A DNA stretch of 64,000 nucleotides. Origin: Squalus acanthias. Its lineage: Eukaryota. The DNA is taken from positions 175,400,001 through 175,464,000 of the forward strand of contig CM059425.1 in NCBI GenBank assembly GCA_030390025.1, in the 5' to 3' direction. A model generated the notes under the pieces. It saw only the letters and a list, made by a program, of their open reading frames with translations, was not told the origin of the DNA and ran no database searches. Made by a program: the position numbers and the translations under genes. Shown one piece after another: positions 51,721 to 62,398 of this stretch; positions within the stretch are counted from its first letter, which is position 1, and each line of letters opens with the position of its first letter.

Positions 51721-53787
51721 TCCGGTGGAACAACATGAGCATTCTTGTACACTCAGAAAGATGAACAGCTGGTAAAGTGCAGTGCATTCTCCCTCTGTAA
51801 TGGTGCACAAAGTTTAAAGTGCAATTAACGTGTATCGTAAGCCAACACTGCAAAATAAAGCACAAGAACATAGGAAATAGGAGCAGGAGTAGGCCATTTG
51901 GCCCTTTGAGCCTGCTCCGCCATTCAATAAGATCATGGCTGATCTTCTACCTCATCTCCACTTTCCTGCACTATCCCCATATCCCTTGATTCCCTTAATA
52001 TTCAAAAATCTATCGAACTCTGTCTTGAATATACTCAACGACTGAGCCTCCACAGCCATCTGGGGTAGAGAATTCCAAAGATTCACCACCCTCTGAGTGA
52101 AGAAATTTCTCCTCATCTCAGTCCTAAATGGCCGACCCCTTATTCTGAGACTGTGACCCCTGGTTCTAGACTCCCCAGCCAGGGGAAACATCCTCCCAGC
52201 ATCTACCCTGTCAAGCCCTGTAAGAATTTTGTATGTTTCAATGAGATCACCTCTCATTCTTCTAAACTCTAGAGAATATAGGCCTAGTCTACTCAATCTG
52301 TCCTCATAGGACAATGCCCCCATCCCAGGAACCAGTCTGGTGAACCTTCATTGCACTCCCTCTAAGGCAAGTATATCCTTCCTTAGGTAAGGAGACCAAA
52401 ACTGTACACAGTACTCCAGGTGTGGTCTCACCAGGGCCCTATATAATTGCAGTAAGACGTCTTTATTCTTACACTCAAATCCTCTTATAATAAAGGCCAA
52501 CATACCATTTGCTTTCCTAATTGCTTGCTGTACCTGCATGTTAACTTTCAGTGATTCGTGTGCAAGGATACCCAGGTCCCTCTGAACACCAACATTTCCC
52601 AATCTCTTACCATTTAAAAAATACTCTCTTTCTATTTTTCCTACCAAAGTTTATAACTTCACATTTCTCCACATTATATTCCATTTGCCATGTTCATGCC
52701 CACTCACTTAACCTGTCTATATCCCCTTGAACCCTCCTTGCATCCTCCTCACAACTTACATTCCCACCCAGCTTTGTATCATCAGCAAACTTGGATAGAT
52801 TACATTTGGTCCCCTCATCCAAATCATTGATGTAGATTGTGAATAGCTGAGGCCCAAGCACTGATCCTTGCGGTACCCCACTAGTTACAGCCTGCCAACC
52901 CGAAAATAAGAACATAAGAAATAGGAGCTGGAGTAGGCCATTTGGCCCCTCTTGCCTGCTCCGCCATTTAATGAGATCATGGCTGATCTGATCTTGAGCT
53001 TAGCTCCATTTCCCTGCCCGTTCCCCATAACCCTTCACTCCCTTATTGTTCAAATATCTGTCTATCTCCACCTTAAATATATTCAATGACCCAGCCTCCA
53101 CAGCTCTCTGGGGCAGAGAGTTCCACAGATTTACGACCCTCTGAGACAAGAAATTCCTCCTCATCTCAGTTTTAAATGGGCGACCCCTTATTCTGAAACT
53201 ATGCCCCCTATTTCTAGATTCCCCCATGAGGGGAAACATCTTCTCTGCATCTACCTTGTCGAGCCCCCTCAGTATCTTATGTTTCAATAAGATCACCTCT
53301 CATTCTTCTAAACTCCAATGAGTATAGGCCCAACCTGCTCAATCTTTCTTCATAAGTCAACCCCTTCATCTCAGGAATCAACCTCGTGAACCTTCTCTGA
53401 ACTGCCTCTAATGCAAGTATATCCTTCCTTAAATAAGGAGACCAAAACTGTACGCAGTACTCCAGGTGTGGTCTCACCAATACCCTGTACAATTGTAGCA
53501 GGACTTCCCTGCTTTTATACTCCAACCCCCTTGCAATAAAGGCCAACATTCCATTTACCTTCCTGATTAAATGCTGTACCTGCATGCTAATGTTTTGTGT
53601 TTCATGCACAAGGACCCCCAGGTCCCTCTGTACTGCAGCATTTAGTAATCTCTCTCCATTTAAATAATAATTTGCTTTTTTATTTTTCTTACCAAAGTGG
53701 ATAACCTCACACTTTCCGACATTATACTCCATCTGCCAAATATTTGCCCACTTACTTAGCTTGTCTATATCCCTTTGCAGATTCTTT

Positions 53788-54610
53788 GGGCTGGATTTTG
53801 ATACTGGGGACGGGATGGAGGCAGGACTCCCACTTTTTGGGTTGTAGTCCCGCCCCCATCGACTTGTGGCCAACCCACTGTATTTTCACTTGATTGACCT
53901 TGTTGAGCCCGCCCAGCGGGCTCAGCAGGCCAATCAAGGGCCACCCGGCAACAGGAGATGTCACAGATTGACATTTCATCTGTCAAGAGCTTTTGACAGA
54001 TGAAATATCAGCGTTTGACAGCTCCTTGAAGCTGTCAAACACTGACAATCTGTCTTCTAACTTGAGTCCTTCCTCTCAGGCTGAGTTAGAAATCATTCCG
54101 GCACAGAAAGTAGAAGGCTGCAGTTTTTGACAAATCAACGGCCATTGTGCTTTCTGTGCCGGTGAGATTTCTGACTCCCGAGACCTGAAGGGCTGACACC
54201 TGCAGGAGGAAGTTAAGGTAAGTAAAACTTTTTTCCACACTTTACACTTACCTTACAGGCTTACCTCTGCACACATGCACCCATCACTCACCTGCCCACC
54301 GGACATATTGACCCCTCCAGCCCCTGCAGACCCACGGTCCGCCTCGCTAACTTGGCGTGGTTGGGACCTGTCGGGAAGCCCACATTTCAGCTTTTAAAAT
54401 AGGGATTAGGCAAAAAACTACCTGTTAACAGGCAGTTAATTGTCACTAATCCCCTTCCTGCCTCGGGGAGGCGGGTCCCAGCACAGGTCGGGTACCCGCC
54501 TCCAGCGAAACTGGCATGGGGGCGGGATGGGTTCGGGACCCCCGAATCTGCAACTTTAACCCCCCACACGCCTCCAAACCCGCCTCCACGGGTCAATGAA
54601 AATCCAGCCC
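53788..54610. mobile_element. Harbinger/PIF-type MITE related to 20612-21360
   Basis: TIR GGGCTGGATTTT...AAAATCCAGCCC; shared interior; interrupts CR1 RT. Confidence 0.88.
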
Positions 54611-54915
54611 TAAATGTCCTCTTCACAACTTGCCACCTATCTTTGTATCATCAGCAAATTTGGCTACATTACACTCGGTCCCTTCATCCAAGTCATTAAT
54701 ATAGATTGTAAATAGTTGAGGCCCCAGCACTGATCCCTGTGGCACCCCACTAGTTACCGTTTGCCAACCGGAAAATGACCCATTTATCCCGACTCTCTGT
54801 TTTCTGTTAATTAGCCAATTCTCTATCCATGCTAATATATTACCCCCAACACCGTGAGCTCTTTTCTTGTGCAGTAACCTTTTATGTGGCACCTTATCGA
54901 ATTCCTTCTGGAAAT

Positions 54916-55437
54916 TGTGGAAGTGCAGTTTTTGTCTCGGACAAAATGGCTTCCGTGAATTTAAACTGATACAAAATGCCCGACTCTGACTTGTGTGGAA
55001 AAGGAAAAAATCCATTGTTATGTTCTTTTCGTGAAAATAACTTTAAAGTTTTAGACTATGCTGTCAGCAAAAGTCTGCCTGCACAAAAGAAAACAGGCTT
55101 AAATTGAGATAACCAAGGGCTAGTAAAGTAAACAAACAGGGCCTTGGCCTTGGGAAGAAAAAGAACAGACAGATAAACTCCATTTTATAGGGATTAGTTA
55201 GTCTCACCGTAAGGCATTTCTTATGTGTTTTTTTTTTTAATTGTTAACTTAGCTTACCTTAAACAACATGTCATGTGATTATTAGTGTATAAGAATACTC
55301 CATTTTCTGTTATTCGGCAGTCTGTCATCATAGCTAATTGGGCTATGATGCATTCTCCTTGCAAGTAAAATATAATAAAAAGCCTTCTTTGACGATATTG
55401 TTTACAAGAGTCTTACTTGGAAGTCGAAACTTCGACA
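54916..55437 (+). repeat. 5' LTR
   Basis: TGTGG...TCGACA; TATAAG 55288-55293; AATAAA 55374-55379. Confidence 0.96.
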
Positions 55438-55445
55438 GTATTTCT

Positions 55446-55463
55446 TGGAGGTTCCACCGAGAT
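55446..55463 (+). promoter_or_regulatory. Primer-binding site, tRNA-Gln
   Basis: TGGAGGTTCCACCGAGAT is complementary to the vertebrate tRNA-Gln 3' end (ATCTCGGTGGAACCTCCA). Confidence 0.9.
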
Positions 55464-56086
55464 CGCTTGTTACCTTTCAGTAAGTCACGGACAAGACATC
55501 ATGAATTTCTAGTGACAAATCCAATGGCCACAGTGATGTTTTATCACAAAAAAAAAGGATTTCTCATTAGATCCTGAATGGTGTGGGTCTGTTTCTTCCG
55601 ACAGTAGTACTGCGATTGTTAAGACTTTTGTTTAAATTTGAGTTGAATCTTGTAGCTTTTGATTTAAAAAAAAAAGGGGGAGGAAGTTTAAAAAACTATC
55701 GGGCAAAGAAGGCAAGGGAAAAAGTCGACAGGGTTGTATCCCGGACTGATTAAAACTGCAGTATAAAAGGTACCAGGTTATGTTAGCGCTAAGTTAAATA
55801 AAACTGCAGTATCAAGGGTGGGGCCCTTGAGCCGTGAAAAGATAACTGAGAATCTCGCGGCAGAGTATAGTGTATAAGTTAAATGTTAAGGACTCAGTTT
55901 GTAGTGAAGAACAATGCAAAACTGAGAATTGACTATTTGTTTAGTTTAAAGTATAAGGTTAAATGTTTAATTATTTGATTTGTTTTTGCATTACTTATAA
56001 TTGTCTTGATTGTTGTTAGTTCTTGTTATCGTCTTGTAATAGAATTGGATGGTCAGAAATAATCGTAAGGGGGTAAAGGGTAAAAC

Positions 56087-56377
56087 TTGCGATTTAGAAG
56101 AAGAGTGCCTAGTATAATTAAAACTTTACTAAGAATAGAAGCAATTACATGTCTAGAGGACTGTCTCGCAAATAGAGACCCACAAAGAAGAGGTAAAAAG
56201 TCAATAAATTGGTCAGCCTTTTCAGACTGGAAAAAGGAAGCAGAAAGGCGTAAGGACCGTAGTATACAAGCCAGTAGATCTGACATTAAAAATAAGAGCA
56301 AAGACCCCGTGAGTAAATTGGCTAAACAAAATGAAGTTAGACAAATAGGGACCAAAAGAATAAAGTTTCCCTCTTAA
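56087..56377 (+). pseudogene. Possible gag matrix remnant
   Basis: Position after the leader; basic helical INWSAFSDWKKEAERR segment; no capsid or zinc knuckle recognised. Confidence 0.35.
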
Positions 56378-57079
56378 TGGAGCAAGCAGCTTCTGCAACA
56401 TCGACGGACCAGAATTGAAATCTGAAACTCAAGCAAAAAAAAAAAGAAGGGTTTTGGAAAGCCAGGAAAAGCTGCTGAGAAAAGTTTTACCGGCATGGAA
56501 GTTATTAATGTCTGTGCCGAGATAAAAGCTAATATACAAGATTTGTTGAGTGAAAGGAATCTTAAAAGGAATACTGGGATCTCAGTTGTGTGAAAGTGTG
56601 TGTTAAAAGTGTGAAAGATTCCTGATTGTGTGAATGTTTAAGTTTGTTAAGTTACAGTATTATTTTGTCCCTGAGAAAAAAAATCTGCCTAAAAAAAAAG
56701 GTGTCTGTCATTTTGTTTATGTTTTAGCTCCACCCACTCTTTTGTACAGAGAGCTAAAAGCTGTTTTTAACTCTTTGAAGACTTGTCTTGAATGATACTC
56801 AAGTGTGTTGTTTTAAGTTTGTTAATTGTTTTACAAAAGAGGTATAAGCTTCAGCCTTGAAGTCACAGTTGCCAATGTGCCTGGAAAGAAAATTAATTTG
56901 AATGTTTACAAGGCATGGTAATTGTTTCTTTGTTAATGTGACTATGGGTTCTTTCTTTTCCAACTGACACTGGTTAGTTTAAAAAAAAATTGATCTGGAT
57001 TGAATTGGAATTATTGAGGTTAATTAACCTATTAAAAACCAGACTTTCATTGTGCACGGTGAAATTCTGGTTGGTGTAA

Positions 57080-57284
57080 ATTTGTGTAGACCGCATTGAA
57101 TAAGATATTTAATGGTCTGAAACCAGATTTTGAAATATTTACAGTCTTGGATACAGAACGGGTTCTGGTCCATACCATTGGCAGAGGAATCACAAGGAAA
57201 TTCGCCTTTACTGTCAGGGATAGACAGGAATTTTATATCAGACTTTGCAGGGAAAGTGCCCCAAGAATTAGAAAAAAAACCTAA
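57080..57284 (+). pseudogene. Retroviral reverse transcriptase remnant
   Basis: ALNK...FTVLD-[frameshift]-NGFWSIPLAEESQ-[frameshift]-KFAFTVRDRQ. Confidence 0.75.
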
Positions 57285-59108
57285 TTTGAATTACAATTTA
57301 AGTTAAGCTGGTGTGTAAAAACTGAGAAGAACAACAAAAAAAAAAGTTTGTTTAACAAAAGATTAAGTTTCAGTCTGAGATTTAACCTTGGAGTCGCGGT
57401 TGCTATGGTGAAATCTTCCAAAGCAATTTGATTTGATTTGCTTAAATGTGAAAAACTAATTTATAGTTATAGTATTTTGGAAAGACATCTGAAGAAAGGA
57501 CAATAAGAAATATGATGTAATTTACTAGTTCTGCAAGCATGTGCTATTTTGTTTTGTTTTATCTGTTCTGTTCGTGTTTAGTTAAAGTGTGAAAACACAA
57601 CTGCTTTTTTGGATGGGGAAAGTTTTTTTTAAATTTACGTAAAGTGACGCAATTGCGTGCGCCTGATAATGTTTCGCTCCACCTTCTTAAAAAACCTGCA
57701 AAGGAGTTAACCCTTTCCACTGACAGCTGATTAAGTTCATCGAGCAACAACTTTAGTATGAAATTTAAAGATATTGGACATTATTAAATATAAGTTTCTT
57801 AATTTTAAGTTAATATGTCCCCACAGTGACAGAAGGAAAATTATGATTTGATAAATTAACCCCTTGGGCTCTAAGTAGAGTCACAATGGAGTCTCTTCTT
57901 TCTTTTATTATATAGAAGTTACCTTGTAAACTAATTGCAGCACTTCTGTTAAAACACTGTATAAACCACCTAGCCTGGAAATCATTTGTTTCTGAAATTG
58001 GAAATGGAAGATAAATTGATAGGTTTTGTCAATGTTCAATTTCATTTCTATCAGTTCAACAGTACTGCTGTTTGGATTTTGGGATAATTTTGTAATAACA
58101 AAATGGACTCAGGCACTATATATATATATTGGGTTACTTTTGGGAAAATAAAAGATCCTCTAAAATAATGATAAATAAAAAGTGTTAGTAACTTGGACCT
58201 AGTGAGAATGTTTGATCTATGTTTTCAATCTTAAATATTGTACTGGACAGTAAAGTTACTCCAGGGCTCATGAGTGAGATATGAATAGTAATTAAAGAGG
58301 AAGTGATTGAAGGTGTAAGATAGAAACAGGAGAAATTACACTGCTGAATGGGAATTTAAAAAAAAACTTGTTAGTGAAAGTCAGGAAAGTGCAGTTAAGA
58401 ATAGTAAATTGATAGCTTTCTCTTGGAGACATTTGTGTCCCTGCCTATAATGAACTTTTAAGAAAACTGAATTTGATAGCCTGGCCACTATCCAAGATAT
58501 CGGGACCATGCAGAGGAAGATGAACAAAGACAATCTTTTGATAAGATACCTGAAAGCCCGAGAAAGGCACATGTGGCATGATATTGAGATACCGGTATGA
58601 GTGTGCAAATGTGATTTGTTACGTATGAAGCGATTACCATCTGGAAATGTATGTTGAATTTGCACTGAAGAACGGGTCTCAGACATGCTCAGTTACTTGA
58701 CAACAGCAAGACATGAAATGGTTAATGTGGCTCAGGAGAGCGAGACAACTTTTAAAGCATTGACACATACTCCATCGAGAAACTATCTAATTAATGAAAC
58801 AATCAGAATAGAGTTAAACACACTGGTACCTGTTAGAAGGATTGAAATTGAAGTTGAAGTGGAGAGTTACATGGAATCTGGATTGGGACAATTGAGGGCT
58901 AAGGAGAAATCATGTTTAGCAAGAATTATCCACAAGATGGATACGAGTAAAAGAGAGATCTGGAGAATCTTTTAAGTCCATGATTTGTTGATTAGATGTT
59001 AAACTGTAATGTTGCTTGAAATTGTAAGACTGAATTTAACTATGACTGTAATAATTGTGTTTTGTAGGTAACAGAGCGTGGGGAAAAACCAGTGCGAATC
59101 CAGTGTGA

Positions 59109-59583
59109 GGTGGTTTTGGTGGTGCCTCCTGTGTCACTACTACCGCAACTACCATGCTTTACGGGTCTAACAGGACCTGTCCCATTAACCAACACATTTT
59201 ACATAATATCGAAACCTATGCTCAAGTGAAACTGACAGTAAATGAGGTACTTAAGTATGAGCTGCACAATTATGTGGCACAATTCGGATACGACATTCCC
59301 CTGTTGTCTAAAGTTATCAGAGAGCTCATGATGCGACTGAACTCCTCCCTAAAGCATTTTTATGTTCTGAAGGAAGACAACTCGAGAATAGATATTGAAA
59401 TTGACAGCATAGGGGACAACTCACACTGGTGGGATAATTGGGCTTAATATATCAGCACACACTTAGATTTGTATTATTTCACACGCTCTGGTAGTTCTCC
59501 AACTTGTAATGATAGTGTATTTGATATATGTAACCCATGTAGTAAGATACACAGGCCAATTGGGTACTCATGCCCATGACTAA
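59109..59583 (+). pseudogene. Envelope/fusion glycoprotein C-terminal remnant (heptad, Trp-rich segment, transmembrane helix)
   Basis: CVTTTAT...NRTCPIN...LSKVIRELMMRLNSSLKHFYVLKEDNSRIDIEIDSI...WWDNW-[frameshift]-LNISAHT*ICIISHALVVLQLVMIVYLIYV. Confidence 0.65.
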
Positions 59584-60091
59584 CCAGCACTAACAAATTG
59601 AGCACACCGAAAGAGAAGATCCGAAGCAATGTAGAGGAGACCCCAGGCGGGGTAACATCAGGAAAGATAGAAGAAACAGAGGATACCCCAGGCGGGGCAG
59701 AATTGGAACACCGGTATGGACTATTAGAAGGGAGAAATCTTCAAGACTCCCTACTAACTAATGCCCAAGTTGAGAGAGAGCAATAAGAACTAGCTAGATT
59801 AGTCAAGAGCCGATTGTGAGAAGTCAATAAGGGTTATTTCCTTCTCAAAGAAGGGAATTGTAAGAAATAGCTGTTAGATTCAAAGATGGGTTTTAATTCT
59901 TAGAACAGAAACTGACAACATGCAGCCAGGAATAGATAGCAGAAATGCCAGCAAGGTCGAATATCAAGCATCAAAAGACAAATAGAAGTGATAAGGGAAT
60001 CGTAAAATGCAAAACAACACAGGGTGGGGGGGTAATAGAGAAAAAAAAGGGAGTAAAAAAAATAATTTTTACATTTTGAAGGACTTACACA

Positions 60092-60832
60092 ATGGTAATC
60101 ATAGATATGTTTTCAAGATGGGTTGAAGCTTTTCCATGTAAAAAGAATGATGCTGTAACAGTTGCAAAGTGTTTGTTAAAAGAAATCATACCAAGGTTTG
60201 GAATACCTATGCAACTTTCATGCGACAACGGATCACATTTTACTGGAATGATCATAAAGGAACTATGTAAGGCTTTGCAGATTAATCAGCATTTCCACTG
60301 CAGTTATCATCCGCAATCCGCGGGACTAGTAGAAAGATATAACGGAATGCTGAAGAATAAACTTTCTAAACTTTGCAATGAAACTGGACTAAAATGGGTT
60401 GAACTGTTACCCTTAGCATTGATGATAATGCGAGCAGCAACTAACAGGACAACTGGACTGTCGCCACATGAGATTGTTATGGGACGACCCCAAAGGCTGC
60501 CATTCTCAGCACCCTTTACGGTTAAACAAATGGACATTCATAAAATGGATGAAAATCTGCTAAACTATTGCATTGCATTAACTAGATGTATTTCCAGCTT
60601 TCACCAACAGGTAAAGGAAGCTCAAACAGAACCGGCCGAAGGAAAGTGCCATAACTTGGAACCAGGAGATGGCGTCTATGTAAAAGTCTTTAAGAGGAAG
60701 AACGGTCTGCAGCCACGCTTTGAAGGGCCATATCAAGTACTCTTGACAACAAATACAGCTGTAAAGGTCAAGGAAAGACCTACTTGGATCCACGCATCCC
60801 ATTGCAAGAAAGTATCAGATAAGGACAGTTGA
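60092..60832 (+). CDS. Retroviral integrase core plus C-terminal domain (gamma/epsilon-like)
   Basis: Open 246 aa; [28 protein letters not shown] with exact D-35-E spacing; GPY and [10 protein letters not shown]-terminal zinc finger decayed. Confidence 0.9.
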   Translation: MVIIDMFSRWVEAFPCKKNDAVTVAKCLLKEIIPRFGIPMQLSCDNGSHFTGMIIKELCKALQINQHFHCSYHPQSAGLVERYNGMLKNKLSKLCNETGLKWVELLPLALMIMRAATNRTTGLSPHEIVMGRPQRLPFSAPFTVKQMDIHKMDENLLNYCIALTRCISSFHQQVKEAQTEPAEGKCHNLEPGDGVYVKVFKRKNGLQPRFEGPYQVLLTTNTAVKVKERPTWIHASHCKKVSDKDS

Positions 60833-60857
60833 ATTTGAATTTGAAAAGACTTAAACA

Positions 60858-61565
60858 ATGAAGCTGTTATTTACGTTTTACCTACTAGTTGGACTGATAT
60901 GTATAGCCTGCCAAGGGAGAAGAAAAGAACCCTGAAAGAAACAAGAATTACATATGAACACCTTTTTGTATATGTCATATAAGTATGCCAAAAAAAGTGG
61001 GATAAACGCCTGTTGGGTATGTAGCCATATTCCTACCCATGTGAAAAGAGGAATACCTCTGCGACCGATACCCTTGAACCTCACAGATATGGCAGAATGG
61101 ATAATTAATAAAAATCATACGAAACAGAAAGATACCACCCTATCCATCTTCGGAAAAATATGAGAACAAAAGTGGTCTAGCCTAAGAAATGAGTTTAAGG
61201 GGGGAGGATATTCGTTAGAAAATTTTAAGGGATGGTACAAGCCGACGTATGATTATACGAAAGAACCTCCTTTTCTAGCCCTTACCAATACATCGGGAAA
61301 GGGCCGACCGATCGGGGATATATGGTGGGAACGCGATCTAGGACAGACTAAAGGGAACAGAGTTAATATGGGGAAAAGTCGTTGCATACAAAAGTTTATT
61401 ACGTACAAGGCAGGAAGTTCCATGGAAAGCTGGTGGTTCAATACTACCAGTTTGATGAATTTGACTAATAACAGACCATGGAATGGGACTAAACGATTGA
61501 ATACTGACAATCAGATGGGTTTTACCGTTTTCCGCACCAACGTGAACCCTGATCGAGGTGTTTAA
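60858..61565 (+). pseudogene. env: Gamma-type env SU, truncated
   Basis: Signal peptide MKLLFTFYLLVGLICIAC; CWVC at 61011-61022; single frame with TGA at 60933 and 61161; N-glycosylation sequons; no TM subunit seen. Confidence 0.8.
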
Positions 61566-61908
61566 GATGATTAAAAGATTTGATAGGTTAGGCAAGGTAG
61601 TCATACCTGAAGTAAGTATGATGATACAGAAAGAAATAAATGACGAAGAAGAAAAGTATGGTCCCTTCGGGGAGGAACTGAGGCGATTGAATAAAATACA
61701 ATTTTGAGGATTAGACAACCTAGACAAAATATACATATAGATATATATACATTTTTGCATACTCCCCACTTTCGGTAAACATATTCTTCCACCCAAATGG
61801 GATCTGCAGGCTAGGGAAAGAGAGAGGACTCCTTTCAACTGCCGGTGAGGTCGACCTTGTATACCACTTGGTCCGCACACTGGAGGCTCACATAGAAGCA
61901 CTTGTGCT

Positions 61909-62054
61909 TAGGAGAACCCCACAGGTCAGGCATAAACTGTGTGGGTCATGAATCAGTCCTCCTCTATAAGCTGCAGTTCCCTAGGAGAACCCCACAGGTT
62001 AGGCATAAACTGTGTGGGCCATGACTTGGAACTCCTCTATGAGCTGCTGTACCC
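61909..62054 (+). repeat. Two 73-bp tandem repeats in the ERV 3' untranslated region
   Basis: TAGGAGAACCCCACAGGTYAGGCATAAACTGTGTGGG... at 61909 and 61982. Confidence 0.9.
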
Positions 62055-62384
62055 TATCTCCTTAGAGGGTGTATAGCGACACCTGAACTGCAGGCTAGTA
62101 AAAGCTGCAGGAAATGTTAGAGAACAGCAGGCTAATGAACCACAAAAGTACGCCACCGTCACCAAAACACAACTAAAACCCCTACAAGAACATACGCCCA
62201 AACACCGAGAATAGACAGAGAAGAAGGACGATCTTAAATAAGGTCAGCCATCAATACAGGTATAATCCCGAGGATGGTTAAAACAGAAAAGAAGTTGGCA
62301 TCCCTGGCCAAAATCCAAATTTGGTACAGGAACCAACAAGGAAGACCGAAAGGGTTAAATTGAGCTATTTTGTCCTAGAAGGAC

Positions 62385-62398
62385 AAAAAAGGGGGGAA
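62385..62398 (+). promoter_or_regulatory. Polypurine tract
   Basis: AAAAAAGGGGGGAA immediately before the 3' LTR TG. Confidence 0.9.

Noticed and set aside
57455..57630. RNase H/tether remnants in the ERV (YSILERHL, FLDGES)
   Set aside because: Matches are too short to distinguish from chance
61549..61590. Captured CR1 fragment in the ERV (LIEVFKMIKRFDRL)
   Set aside because: Only ~40 nt of resemblance; equally explained as an env cytoplasmic tail; undecidable without alignment
61909..62054. CRISPR-like or hammerhead repeat
   Set aside because: Only two contiguous units, no unique spacers, no CUGANGA/GAAA core, and a eukaryotic retroviral context
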